Shown here in pieces: positions 12,481 to 25,852 of a stretch of 64,000 nucleotides of DNA; within the stretch, counting starts at the first letter, position 1; every line of letters begins with the position of its first letter. Under the pieces are notes generated by a model that saw nothing but the letters and a program-made list of their open reading frames with translations, was not told the origin of the DNA and made no database searches. The position numbers were made by a program, and so were the translations under genes. This DNA comes from Squalus acanthias (lineage: Eukaryota), in assembly GCA_030390025.1 (NCBI GenBank), contig CM059449.1, forward strand, positions 13,888,001-13,952,000, in the 5' to 3' direction.

Positions 12481-13404
12481 ATAAATATGCAAATTGGTGA
12501 TGTTGTATTTATATGCATTGGGAATTAAAACTAATTTTAATCCGATTGAGATAATTATTATGTACATTTCAATCGTGGCAGTGTTGAGGCTGTTTCCCTG
12601 CAATACGCCAAAGTGAACACAAAGAAAATGGGGACGACGAGGAGAATGGACATGCAGCTACATCATGTGGAGTACGCTACCATCAGATGAAGCTGTGAGA
12701 AGAAATCTGAAAGCCTCAAAACCCTGATCCTACATATGCCTACTCCTGCCACTAACAGAACAAGAGCAATTTTAAACAATATCCAGCACACCGACCGCCT
12801 TGCTCTTATTACTCTGCCAATAAGTTTGTGACATGTTAACTGTGAATGTGTGTAAATCTGCAGCTGTTCCTAATTTCCCAGTTGTCGAATATTCTGCTGT
12901 TTCAGTTAAGCACCCTGTAGAGGCTATGTGTCTCTTAGCAACTATTAGAAAATTGAATCTTCCTTATCATTAACACAAAATATGGTTTCCAGCTTGACAA
13001 ACTGAAGAAGGTGGGAAAAGAGGTCCTTCTGGGTCACTGTGTGTAGCGACACTAAAATGAAAATTGCATTACGTGGGTATTTCTTGTGAAATTATAAAAG
13101 CGTTCTTAAAAATGTGTTTGCTGTTTTCCTAGAAATAGGAATGAAGAAATATTCTCAGTGTGTTTAAATTGTCGATAACAGATGGTTGTCAGGAAAAAAT
13201 GTATCCCAAAATGTAAATATGCTACTTACTTTTAACAGGTTCCAGTTTGTTATGAACATTAAAATACTTGATCTTCTTAGCTGTGTTCCAGATTTATAAT
13301 AGCTCTTCGCACAAGTGTGCGTCACAAATATTTCAATTTTGCACTTGATATTTTCGTAGATTCAATGTCACCAGTCACTTCTATAAGTGGACTGAGGGTC
13401 CCCT

Positions 13405-14850
13405 ACGATTTGGTAACCAGCCTTCTATGTGGTACTTTGTCAAACGCCTTCCTAAAATCGATGTAGATAACACCCATTGCATTCCCTTCATCAATTCTCC
13501 CTGTTACTTCATCAAAAAATTCAATTAGATTAGTCAAACACGATCTGCCTTTTACAAATCCGTGTTGGCTCTCCTTAATTAGCTTAAACCTCTCCAAGTG
13601 CCCGTTAATTTTTTTCTTGATTATTGTTTCTAAAACTTAACCACCACTGATGTTAAACTGACCAGCCTGTAGTTGCTAGGATTGTCCTTACACCCTTTCT
13701 TGAACAATGGTGTCACATTTGCCACTTCCAATCCTCAGGCACCTCCCCCATATCTAGGGAAGATTGGAAAATTATGGCAAGTCCTTCCACTATCTCCTCC
13801 CCCAATTCCCTTAGCAACCTGTGATGCACGCCATCTGGATCAGGCGACTTGTCCACTCTAAGCATACCCAACCTTTCTAGTACATCCTGTCTATCAATTT
13901 TCACCCCTTCCATTGCTTCTACTTTTTCCACTTCTACCGATATTTTGTCAGCATCCACCTCCTTAGTAAACACCGATACAAAGTACTCATTGAGTATTGT
14001 AGCCTTGCCCTGCGCCTCTAAGCATATATCACCTTCTTTGACTCTAATAGGCCCCACCCCGCCTCTTACTATCCGCTTACTGTTTACATGCCAGTAGAAG
14101 ATTTTTGGGTTCCCTTTTATGTTAACCGCCATTCTACTCTCATATTCTCTCTTTGCCAATCTTATTTTCATCTTCACACCTCCTCTCAACTTATTCTTTT
14201 GGTCTGGTTCTCCCTTGAAGAATTCACCTGACATGCAGCATACACCCTCTTTTTTTGTTTCATCATCTTTTCTATCTCACTCGTCATCCAAGGAGCCCGT
14301 GCTTTGTTTCCCTTACCCTTCCCCCTTGTTGGAATGTACCTAGCCTGTTCTTGGAACATCTCCTCCTTAAAGATCACCCATTGTTCCGTTACAATGTTTT
14401 CTGTCAGACTTTGGTTCATTTTACCCTGGCTAGATCCTTTCACATCCCATTGAAGTTAGCCCTCTTCCAATTTAGAAGTTCCACTCTAGATTGTTCCTTG
14501 CTCCTCGCCATTGCTAATCTAAATCTTATGATACTCGTGAGGGAACCTAGAACTGGGGGGCATAATTTCAGAATAACGGGGGCACCCATTTAAAACGGAA
14601 GTGGGGAGGAATTTCTTCTCTCAGAGGGTCGTGAATCTTCCGAATGCTCTTCCCCAGAGAGCTGTGTAGGCTGGGTCATTGAATACATTTAAGGTGGAGA
14701 TAGACAGATTTCTGAATGGTAAGGGAGTCAAGGGTTATGGGGCGCGGGCAGGGAAGTGGAGTTGAGGCCAAGATCAGATCAGCCATGATCTTATTGAATG
14801 GCGGTGCAGGCTCGAGGGGCCAAATGATCTACTCCTGCTCCTACGTCTTA
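13405..14850 (-). mobile_element. CR1 ORF2 fragment (minus, to ~14530) abutting a plus-strand CR1 3' end; present in arm 1 only
   Basis: SQHGFVKGRSCLTNL, DFRKAFDKVPH and KSPDPDG motifs. Confidence 0.85.
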
Positions 14851-15639
14851 AGTTATTTTGTTATTATGTTAGTTACCTCTGCACCACCGCCCCTTTGCCC
14901 ACCCCCTCCGCCCTGACACCAGAATGAGTTCAGATTGGACTAGTACTGTTGAACTGCTGAAAGCTTTCCTCATTTATTAATTAAATTTGAGCTGACCGGA
15001 CTTTGTCTTTTTTTACTAATAATATTTGATTATCCGCTATTCTTAAGTAGAAACCATTTAGGCTGAGTGTTTTTTCAGAAGAGGCAGGAGTGCTCGCATT
15101 TGCTTTCGGAGGTAACTGCCATGGCTGAACCACCACCCTCCTCCCCCCTCCCCCACACACCCCTCTCCCCACCCAATCTGTCTTGGAATCTGAGAAAGGA
15201 CATTGAATGGGTTAAAACCGAGCCTTCGTGAGGTTAAACCTTACTCCACCCTGTGGCCATATTGTGAATAAAAGGCGTAGAAGTTCTTCTGATGACAAAA
15301 CTTGAGGATCCTGCTATAATGGCACTAATGTGGATTTATAAACGAGTGTCGTTGGTAAATGTCCACTCAAATTAAATCTTCAAACTTAAAATATAATAAA
15401 CTGTGATGTCTTTAAATTCAACACTACAATTTAGCAAACGTTGTTGCTTAGGGGGGAGGGCTCAGACAGAAATAAAAATAGCCTAAAGATTTAAAATACT
15501 TTATAAAGGGATGAGAGCAAAGTCCAGGTAATCAATAGTGTCAAAAGTAATATACATACTTCAAGTTCAGAAACAATATAGGAAATAATAACAAACTAAC
15601 TGTTCAAGATATAACAGAAGTGATAAAAGGGAATGTGAT

Positions 15640-16185
15640 AAGTTACAACATGTGTTGAAAACATCGGGGCATCAGGGCAGGAAATGGTGTTTTCCCAAAT
15701 TAGAAGTTCTATACACTAATGCATGTAACATAAGAAATAAAACAAGTGAATTAGAAGCGCAAATTCAGTTAAAAAGATCTGACCTTGTGGCCATCACTGA
15801 GACCTGGCTACAAGCTGGGCACAAGTTCTTCACAGACCTCCAGATAGCAGTGATAAAGCAGCGGGATACATAAGCGCGGAGATCAGAAAAGCTTATTACA
15901 AGAACACAGTAGTTATAATGGGAGACTTTAATTTTCACATAGACTGGACAAAGCAAAAAAGCTCGAGTCCCAAAGGCAGCGAATTTCTTCACTGTATTTT
16001 GGAAAGTTATCTAGAATAATATGTTCTTGAACTAACAAGAACTGGCCATCTTAGATTTAGTAATGAGTAAAGAACCTGAATTAATCAATAATCTAACGGT
16101 AAGGGAACAGCTAGCTAACAGTGATCACAATATGATAGAATTCGCTGGTGGGTTTGAGAGTGTACGAAAGACTGGTATTAGAGAT
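15640..16185 (+). mobile_element. decayed CR1 endonuclease region spanning the inner end of arm 1
   Basis: LYTNACNIRNK..AITETWL, then MGDFN and SDHNMI motifs. Confidence 0.75.
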
Positions 16186-17019
16186 TCTTAGTAGATGGGA
16201 ATCATATATGTATAAATTCAAGTGTAGCCATTGACCAACTAATCTTACCAACTGCCTAAGAAGAAGAGAAGAAGCTTACCCATGATTCTCTGTGAGTACG
16301 GAAATGCTAAAGACTGTTCGAATGTAGCCACAAGACAGTTAAAAATCAGTTTTGACTAAGCTCAGATAACAAACAGCCACAGGCTGCGAGTGAAGGTCAA
16401 ATTGTTAAATCATATATTATAATACTAATAACATATTATGATGCTAAGTAGGAATTAGAGTTCGCTTAACAAAACTAATTGTACAGATATTTGAAAGATA
16501 ATTAATATAAAAGATGTAAAATGAGTGAGATCTTGGGAGCTAAAGTATCCACTTGGTAGATCGAAGTGAGATAGTCTGAACACCGTCAAGATAAGGGAGA
16601 CATCTCTGACATGGGCTCCTTGGTATTAGGCCGTATACTGCTTGTACCAGGGCAGATAGATTAAGAGAAATAAGATAAATTCCAATAAGGTGAAGAACTA
16701 TAAACAACATAACGATGAAACAGGGTAGAGTTGTTGGAAAATTACTAGAGCCAGGCGTGGCCAAGATGCTACCCTTAGTCTGAGTGACAATGGTATTTTG
16801 ACCATTAGAACCTATGAAAAAAGGTGATTTTGTTAAAGACCGGCCAAACGAACTGTTGATAAGAAAAGGGTTAAAACCCCGATACTCAAAGAATAACTTC
16901 ACTCAGAACTACTGCGAAGGCAAAGGAACAGATTGAAGATGACGTCACCTGTGTTCGAGAGGGTCCAGAGACAAAGGGCTGCGAGCTACTCGTTGAACTG
17001 TCGCCTAGCATCTGACCTG

Positions 17020-17830
17020 CTCTTTTTGCCACAGTATTTATGTGGCTAGTCCAGTTAAGTTTCTGGTAAATGGTGACCCTAGGATATTGATGGTTGGGGA
17101 TTCGGCGATGGTAATGCCGTTGAATGTCAAGGGGCGCTGGTTAGACTCTCGCTTGTTGGAGATGGTCATTGTCTGGCACTTGTTTGGTGTGAATTTTACC
17201 TGCCAATTATCAGCCCAAGCCTGAACGTCGTCCAGGTCTTGTTGAGTGCGGTCATGGAATGCATCATTATCTGAGGAGTTGTGAATGGCACTGTACACTG
17301 TGCAGTCATCAGCGAACATCCCCATTTCTGACCTTATGTTGGAGGGAAGGTCATTGATGAAGCAGCTGAAGATGGTTGGGCCTAGGACACTGCCCTGAGG
17401 AACTCCTGCGGCGATGTCCTGGGCTGTGATGATTGACCTTCAACCACCACAACCATCTTCCTTTGTGCTCGGTATGACTCCAGCCAGTGGAGAGTTTCCC
17501 CCCGATTCCCATTGACTTCAGTTTTACTAGGGCCCCTTGATGCCATACCCGGTCAAATGCTGACTTGATATCAAGGGCAGTCACTCTCACCTCACCTCTA
17601 AAATTCAGCTCCTTTGTCCATGTTTTGACCAAGGCTGTACTGAGGTCAGGAGCCGAGTGGTAATGGCAGTACCCAAACTGGGCATTAGTGAGCAGGTTAT
17701 TGGTGAGTAAGTGCCGCTTGATAGCACTGTTGATGACACCTTTCATCACCTGCTGATGATTGAGAGTAGACTGATGGGGCAGAAATTGGCCAGATTGGAT
17801 TTGTCCAGCTTTTTGTGGACAGGACGTACG
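17020..17830 (-). mobile_element. Crack/L2-like LINE RT fragment
   Basis: ALDIKSAFDRVWH and MFADD motifs. Confidence 0.8.
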
Positions 17831-18460
17831 TCGGCAGTTATCTGTGCACTCTGCTCATCTGATTTATTCCCCAGACTCCTTGTGTTGAAGTATACACCAT
17901 TTAGCACTGCCAAACTCCCTTGTTGTCTATTTTCTAGCCTTTGTTTCCTCTGCCTTCCAAATTTGCTTACTAATTTTCTGCCTTCCATTTCCAGCTTTGC
18001 TTCTCTCCCTACTGAATGTACTCTCAGGCACCCATCCCACTGCCAAGCTAGTTTAAAGCCTCTCCAACAGCACTAGCAATCCCCACCACACCCCCACGCC
18101 CGCCCAGGGTATTGGCCCAGGTCCTATTAATGTGCAACCCGTGAGGCTTGTACAGGTCCCACCTCCCCCAAAAGCGGTCACAATGCCTCAGAAATCTAAA
18201 GCCCTCCCTCCTGCACCATCTCTCAAGCCATGCATTCTCATGCTCTATCCTACGACTTCTTTACTCACCAGCACGTGGCACCGGGAGTAATCCGGATTTT
18301 TCTACATTTGAGTTCCTGCTTTTTAATCTCTTTAGCTCCCTAAAATCTGCCTGCAAGACCTCATCCCTCTTTCTACCTATGTCGTTGGTACCGATATGGG
18401 CCACGACCTCTGGCTGTTCACCACCCCTCCACCCCCCGCACCCCCCACCCACCTCAGAAT
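17830..18460 (-). mobile_element. CR1 ORF1/ORF2 junction remnant (paralogous to ~52030-52625)
   Basis: HIGTND esterase motif and YFNTRSLGNK. Confidence 0.8.
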
Positions 18461-18514
18461 GGCTTATAGTGGATGCTTTCAGTAACTTCCAGTTCAACAG
18501 TTTCAGACCATAAT

Positions 18515-20255
18515 CCATAGAAACATAGAACATAGGAGCAAGAGTAGGCCATTCGGCCCCTCGAGCCTGCTCCACCATTCGATCAGATCATGGCTGATCA
18601 TCCAAACTCAGTACCCTGTCCCTGCCTTCTCCCCATATCCCTTGATACCTTTAGCTTTAAGAAATATATCTAACTCATTCTTGAATATATTTAATGACTT
18701 GGCCTCAACTACCTTCTGTGGTAGAGAATTCCACAGGTTCACCAATCTCTGGGTGAAGAAATTCTTCCTCATTTCTGTCCTAAATGGCTTACCCCTTATC
18801 CTTAGATTATGACCCCTGGTTCTGGACTCTCCGACCATTGGCAACATTCTTCCTGCATCTAGTTTGTCCAGACCTGTCAGAATTTTATATGTTTCGATGA
18901 GATCCCCTCTCATTCTTCTATACTCCAGCGAGTATAAGCCCAATCGACCCATATCTCTCCTCATATGTCATTCCTGCCATCCCAGGTATCAGCCTTGTGA
19001 ATCTTCGCTGAACTCCCTCCATGGCAAGAACATCCTTCCTCAGATAAGGCGACCAAAACTGCACACAATACTCAAGGTGTGGTCTCACCAAGGCCCTGTA
19101 CAACTGTAGCAGGACATCCCTGTTCCTATACTCAAACCCTTTCGCAATGAAGGCCAACATACCATTTGCCTTCTTCACCGCCTGCTGCACCTGCATGCTT
19201 ACCTTCAGCGACTGGTGCACTCGTTGCACTTCCCCTTCTCCCAATCTATTGCCATTCAGATAATAGTCTGCTTTTTTGTTTTTGACACCAAAGTAGATAA
19301 CCTCGCATTTATCCACGTTATATTGCATCTGCCACGCTTCTGCCCACTCACCCAATCTGTCCAAATCATCCTGGAGTTTCTCGGTATCCTCCTCGCAGCA
19401 CACACGCCCACCCAGCTTTGTGTCATCTGCAAACTGGAGATATTACATTTAGTTCCCTTATCTAGATCATTAATATATATTGTGAATAGCTGGGATCCAA
19501 GGACCAATCCCTGCGGTACCCCACTAGGCACTGCTTGCCACTCGGAAAAAGACCCATCAATTCCTACTCTTTGCTTTCTGTCCTCCAACCAGTTCTCTAT
19601 CCAAGTCAATACCTTGCCCCCAATCCCATATGCCTTAACTTTACACGCTAATCTCTTATGCGGGACCTTATCGAAGTCCAAATACACCACATCTACTGGT
19701 TCTCCCTTATCTATTTTCCCAGTTACATCCTCAAAAAATTCCAGTAGATTAGTCAAGCACGATTTACCTTTTGTAAATCCATGTTGACTTTGTCCGATCC
19801 TGTCACTGTTTTTCAACTGCTCAGCTATTACATCCTTTATAATGGGCTCTAGCATTTTCCCCACTACCGATGCCAGGCTTACCGGTCTGTAATTCCCTGC
19901 TTTCTCTCTACCACCCTTTTTGAATAGTGGGGTAACATTAGCTACCCTCCAATCCATGGGTACACTTCCAGATTCCATCGAATGTTGGAAGATGATCAGC
20001 AATGTATCTACTATTTCTAGGGCCACTTCCTTAAGTACCCTAGGATGTAGATTATCAGGCCCTGGGGATTTATCAGCCTTCAATCCCATCAATTTCCCTA
20101 CCACCATTTCCCTGCAAATACTGATTCCTTTCAGTTCCACCCTTTCATCAGACCGTATGTTCTCCAACATCTCTGGGAGGTTATTTGTGTCCTCCTTTGT
20201 GAAGACAGAACCAAAATATGCATTTAATTGGTCTGCCATTTCTTTGTTCCCCAGT
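18515..20255 (-). mobile_element. 5'-truncated CR1 (RT + 3' UTR)
   Basis: ORFs 19256-20284, 18918-19403 and 18608-18964; tail (tttctatg)n. Confidence 0.9.
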
Positions 20256-20594
20256 ATTTTCAGCATTTTCTGTTTTAATGACAAAATGTCTTATTTGTCT
20301 GTACATTTTGTAAATGTATAAGCATGCCACGAAAATAATTCACCTGAATGCATGTGTTGTACTAATTCTATATTATAAATACATACTGTGCTTTGTGTCC
20401 AGGGGTGGAGAATGTGTTGCATTTTCGTATCTGAAGTCAGCAGCGAAGTTACAGAGTTACGGAAAAGTATACAACGGCAGTGCAGAGGAAGCCTCATTCA
20501 ACCAGATCAGCTCGCCCTCCATTCCAGGTTCCTGTGAAAGACAGTTTTCGTTGCCTTGCCCTTACTTTCTGCTAAGTGGACAATTTCTCCATTT

Positions 20595-21153
20595 CACAGA
20601 AGGCTGTGGAGGCCAAGTTACTGAATATATTTAAGAAGCAGATAGATAGATTTCTAGACACAAAAGGCATCAAGGGGTATGGGGAGAGACCGTGAATATG
20701 GTATTGAGATAGAGCATCAGCCATGATCATATTGAATGATGGAGTAGGTTTGAAGGGCCGAATGGCCGACTCCTGCTCCCATTTTTCTATGTTTCTATGT
20801 TTCTAAACTCCTTCAGCCCCACAATCCCCCGAGGTATCTGCACTCCACTAATTCTGCCCTTTTGAGCATCCCTGATTATAATCGCTCAACCTTTGGTGGT
20901 TGTGCCTTCTGTTGCCTAGGCCCCAAGCTCTGGAATTCCCTCCCTAAACCTCTCTGCCTCTCTACCTCTCTCTTTCGTCCTTTAAGACGGTCCTTAAAAC
21001 CTACCTGTTTGACCAAGCTTTTGGTCGCCTGCACGAATTTATGCTTATGTGGATCGGTGTCAAATTTGTTGTCTTAAAATACTCCTGTGCCGTGCCGTGG
21101 GACGTATTACTACGCTAAAGGTGCTATATAAATACAAGTTGTTGTTGTTGTTG
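20595..21153 (+). mobile_element. CR1 3' end followed by an L2 3' end with (TTG)n tail at the inner boundary of arm 2
   Basis: Terminal gctatataaatacaagttgttgttg. Confidence 0.75.
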
Positions 21154-21521
21154 TAGCCAGGTCTCAGTGATGGCCATAAAGTCAGATCTTTTTAACTGAA
21201 TTTGCGCTTCTAATTCACTTGTTTTATTTCTTATGCTACATGCATTAGTGTATAGAACTTCTAATTTGGGAAAAGACCATTTCCTGCCCTTATGCCCTGA
21301 TGTTTTCAACACAAGTTGTAACTTATCACATTCATTTTTATGACTCCTGCTGTATTTTCAACAGTTAGTTTGTCATTACTTCCTATATTTTTTCTGAACT
21401 TGAAGTATGTATATTACTTTTGACACTATTGCTGACCTGGACTTTGCTCTCATCCCTTTCTAATATATTTTAAATCTTTAGGCTATTTTTATTTCTGTCT
21501 GAGCCCTCCTCCCAAGCAACA

Positions 21522-22265
21522 ACATAAGAACATAAGAAATAGGAGCAGGAGTAGGCCATTCGGCCCTTCAAGCCTGCTCCGCCATTCAATGAGATCATGG
21601 CTGATCTTCTGCCTCAACTCCATTCACCGGCCCTATCGCCATATCCCTTATTGCCTTTACTAGTCAGAAATCTACCGACTTCTGTTTTGAATATACCCAA
21701 TGACTGAGCCTCCACTGCCCTCTGGGGTAGAGAATTCCAAAGATTCACCACCCTCTGTGTGAAGAAATTTCTTCTCATCTCAGTCCTGAATGGCCTACCC
21801 TTTATCCTGAGGCTGTGGTTCCTGGTTCTAGACTGCCCGGCCAAGGGAAACATTCTCCCAGCATCCACCCTATCAAGCCCTGTAATAATTTTGTATGCTT
21901 CAATGAGATAACCTCTCATTCTTCTGAATTCAAGAGAATACAAGTCTAGTTTACTCAATCTCGTCTCATAAGACCGTCCCGCCATCCCAGGAATCAATCT
22001 CGTGAACCTTCGTTGCACTCCCTCTATGGCAATTATATCCTTCCTTAGGTAAGGAGACCAAAATTGTACACAGTACTCCAGATGTGGTCTCAACAAGGCC
22101 CTATATAATTGGTAAAAGAATTCTTTACTCCTGTACTCAAATCCTCTTGTAATGAAGGCCAGCATACCATTTGCCTTCCTAATGGCTTGCTGCACCTGCA
22201 CATTCACTTTCAGTGACTCATGTACAAGGACACCCAGGACCCTTTGAGCATCTGCATTCCCCAAT
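21522..22265 (-). mobile_element. CR1 3' fragment, arm-2-specific insertion
   Basis: ORF 21614-22303; the empty site is at ~15440 in arm 1. Confidence 0.88.
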
Positions 22266-22839
22266 CGTTTGCGAAATTGTACTGTTGAATGTAAAGACAT
22301 CACGATTTATTATATTTTAAGTTTGAAGAATTAATTTGAGTAGATATTTACCAACTGCACTCGTTTATAAATCCACATTAGTACCATTATAGCAGGATCC
22401 TCAAGTTTTGTTATCAGAAGAACTGCTACGCCTTTTATTCACAATATGGCCACAGGGTGGAGTAAGGTTTAGCCTCACGAAGGCTCGGTTTTAACCCATG
22501 CAATGTCCTTTCTCAGAGTCCAAGACAGATTGGGTGGGGTGAGGGGTGTGTGGGGGAGGGGGGAGGAGGGTGATGGTTCAGCCATGGCAGTTACCTCCGA
22601 AAGCAAATGCGAGCACTCCTGTCTCTTCTGAGAAAACACTCAGCCTAAATGGTTTCTACTTCAGAATAGGGGATAATCAAATTTTATTAGTAAATAAAGA
22701 CAAAGCTCGTTCAGCTCAAATTTAAATTAATAAACAAGGAAAGCTTTTGGCACTTCAACAGTACTAGTCCAATCTGAACTCATTCTGGTGTCAGGGCGGA
22801 GTGGTGGGAAAGGGGCTGTGGTGCAAAGGTAACTAACAT

Positions 22840-24375
22840 CTCTTGTCTTCTCTCTGCTCAGGTACTGTCTCCCTCCCCTTCAAATCTGCCGTCATCAGCC
22901 CCTCCTCACAAAACCCACCCTTGGCCCTGTAAACGACTGCCCCTTCTCCAAACGGCCCTTGCTCTGCAAGGACCTTGAACGTGTTGTCAACTCCTAAATT
23001 TGTGCCCATCTTTGCTGCAGATCCATGTTTCAATCTCTCCAATCATGTTTCCGCCCATGCCACAGCATTGAAACGGCCCTTATCAGAGTCACAAGTGACA
23101 TCCTACGGGACAGTGACAAAACTAAACTGTTCCTCCTCATCCTTCTGGACCTGTCTGCAGCCTTTGACACGGTTGACCACACCATCCTCCTCCAACGCCT
23201 CTCCTCCATCGTCCAGCTGAGTGGGACTGCCCTCGCCTGGTTCCATTCCTATCTTTCCAGTCATCGCCAGAGAACCACCTGCAATGACTTCTCTTTACAC
23301 TGCCGCACCATTACCTCTGGAGTCTTGCAAGGTTCTATCCTTCGCCCCCCCCCCCCCCCGCCTTTATATTTCTCATCTACATGCTGTCCCTCCTCGAAAA
23401 CACAACGTCAGGTTCCATATGTACACTGATGACACCCATCTCTACCTCGCCACCACCACTCTTGACCTTTCCACTGCCTTGGATTTGTTATGTTCTTTGT
23501 CCAACATCCAGTACTGGATGAGCAGATACTTCCTCCAACTAAATGTTGGGAAACCCGAAGCCATTGCCTTCGGTCTCCGCCACAAATTCTGTTCCCTAGC
23601 TACCAACTCCATCCCTGTCCCTGGCCACTGTCTGATGCTGAACCAGACTGTTTCAAACCTTGGTGTCCTATTTGACACTGAACAGAGCTTCCGAACCCAT
23701 ACCTACTCAATCACTTAGGCCGCCTACTTCCACCTCTGTAACATTACCCGTATCCGCCCCACCTCAGCCCATCTGCTGCTGAAACCATCATCCATGTCTT
23801 TGTTACCTCTAGACTTGACTATTTTAATGATCTCCCGGGTGGATTCCCATCTTCCACCCTCCATAAATGTAAGCTAATCCGAAACTCTGCTGCCCGTATC
23901 CTAACTCACACCAAGTCCCATTCGCCCTTCACCCCCACTGTGCTTGCTGACTGACATTGGCTCCCCATCCGGCAATGCCTCTATTTTAAAATTCGCATCA
24001 TTGTTTTTAAATCTCTCCATGGCCTCGCCCGCTCCCTATTTCTGTAACCTCCTTGAGCCCTACATCCCTCCGAGATCTCCATGCTGATCCATTTCTGGAC
24101 TCTTGTACCTCCGCGATTTTAATCGCTCCACCATTGGTGGACCTGCCTTCAGCTGCCTAGGGCCCAAACACTGGAATTCCTTCCATAAGCGTCTCCGCCT
24201 CTCTACCTCTCTCTCCTCCTTTAAGATGTTACTTAAAAACTACTTCTTTGACAAAACTTTTGGTCACCTGTCCTAATATCTCCTTATGTGGCTTGGAGAC
24301 AAATTTTGTTTAATAACACCCCTGTGAGACCTTTTATTATGTTAATGGTGTTATATAAATACAAGTTGCAGTAGT
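22840..24375 (+). mobile_element. L2 LINE 3' part, arm-2-specific
   Basis: LLDLSAAFDTVDH and YTDDT motifs plus an L2 tail. Confidence 0.85.
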
Positions 24376-24439
24376 TGTAATCTGTTACAGTCCTGGCTAC
24401 AATATCGTTTAACTACATAAATTAATTTAACTTAATAAC

Positions 24440-25032
24440 TAGAGGACTAGAATATAAAGTGGAGGAGGTTTATCTACAGCTATATAAACTGGTTAGACTT
24501 CATCTGGAGTACTGTGTACAATTCTTGGCACCGTACATTAGAAAGTATATATTGGCCTTAGGAGTGCAACACAGATTCAACAGAATGTTATCAGAATCCA
24601 AGAGTTAAATTACGTGGAGAGATTGCATAAACTAGTCTTGTAGTCCCTAGAATCTAGAAGGTTAAGAGGTGATTTGATTTCGGTTTTTAGGATTTTGAAA
24701 GCAATTGATAGAGTAGATAGGGAGAAACATTTTACGCTGTTGGGGGAGTCTAGGACAAGGGATATAACCTGAAAATCTGTCATTGAGGAGAGAAGTTAGG
24801 AAACACTTCTTCACACAAAGGGTGGTGGAAGTGAGGAACTCTCTCCCACAAAAAGCAATAGATGCTAGCTCAATTAATATTTTTAAATTCAGGATCGATA
24901 GATTTTTGCTAGCCAAGGGTATTAAGGGGCATGGAGCAAAGGCAAGTGGATGGAGTTAAGATACAGATCAGCCATGATCTCATTGAATGGCGGAACAGGC
25001 TCGAGGGGCTGAATAGCCTACTGCTGTTCCTT
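24440..25032 (+). mobile_element. CR1 3' fragment
   Basis: CR1 C-terminal and 3' UTR similarity to other copies. Confidence 0.8.
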
Positions 25033-25743
25033 TAATACTGGACAGCAAACGGAGCACTCCAAATTGTAGGGGACCCTCGGTCCACTTACAGAAGTGACTG
25101 GTGACATTGAATCTGAGAAAATGTCAAGTGCAAAATTGAAATATTTGTGACGCACACAGAGCTAAGAAGATTAAGTATTTTAATGATCATAACAAACTGC
25201 AACCAGTTAATAGTAAGTAGCATACTTACATTTTGGGATACATTTTTTCCTGACAACTATCTGTTATCGACAATGCAAACACACTTAGAATAGTTCTTAA
25301 TTCCTATTTCTAGAAAATCAGTAAACACATTTTTAAGAACGCTTTTATAATTTCACAAGAAATACCCACGTAATGTAATTATCATTTACAGTGTCGCTAC
25401 AAGTAGTGACCCAGAAGGACCTCTTTCCCACCTTCTTCACTTTGTCAGGCTGGAAAACATATTTTGTGTTACTGATAAGGAAGATTCAATTTTCTAAGAG
25501 TTGCTAAGAGACACATAGCCTCTACAGGGTGCTTATCTGAAACAGCAGAATATCCGACAACTGGGAAATTAGGAACAGCTGCAGATTTACACACATTCAC
25601 AGCTAACATGTCGCAACCTTATTGGAAGAGTAATAAAGAGTAAGGTGGTCGGTGTGCTGGATATTGTTTAAAATTGCTCTTGTTCTCTTCGTGGCATATG
25701 TAGGATCAGGGTTTTGAGGTCTTTCAGATTTCTTCTCACAGCT

Positions 25744-25852
25744 TCATCTGATGGTGGCGTACTCCACATGATGTACCTGCATGTCCATTCTACTCGTCTT
25801 CCCCTCTTGCTTTGTGTTCACTTTGGCATAATGCAGGGAAACTGCCTCATCA
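25744..25852 (-). CDS. copy B terminal exon with ITIM (LHYAKV) and ITSM-like motif (VEYATI)
   Basis: Acceptor gtggcag preceded by an AG-free stretch with an actaat branch-like motif; open to TGA in both copies. Confidence 0.75.

Larger units (their letters stand above)
9853..12690 (+). other. copy A downstream cytoplasmic exons (9853-9881, 10487-10506, 10644-10709, 12582-12690); after the premature stop unless exon 9035-9063 is skipped
   Basis: Same lengths and splice dinucleotides as copy B; terminal exon is still open: VEAVSLQYAKVNTKKMGTTRRMDMQLHHVEYATIR*. Confidence 0.6.
615..15813 (+). repeat. inverted segmental duplication, arm 1
   Basis: Reverse-complement matches such as 3361-3480 vs 34800-34918, 12540-13400 vs 25065-25900, 14870-15813 vs 21151-22835 and 615-1100 vs 34918-35410. 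Confidence 0.9.
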
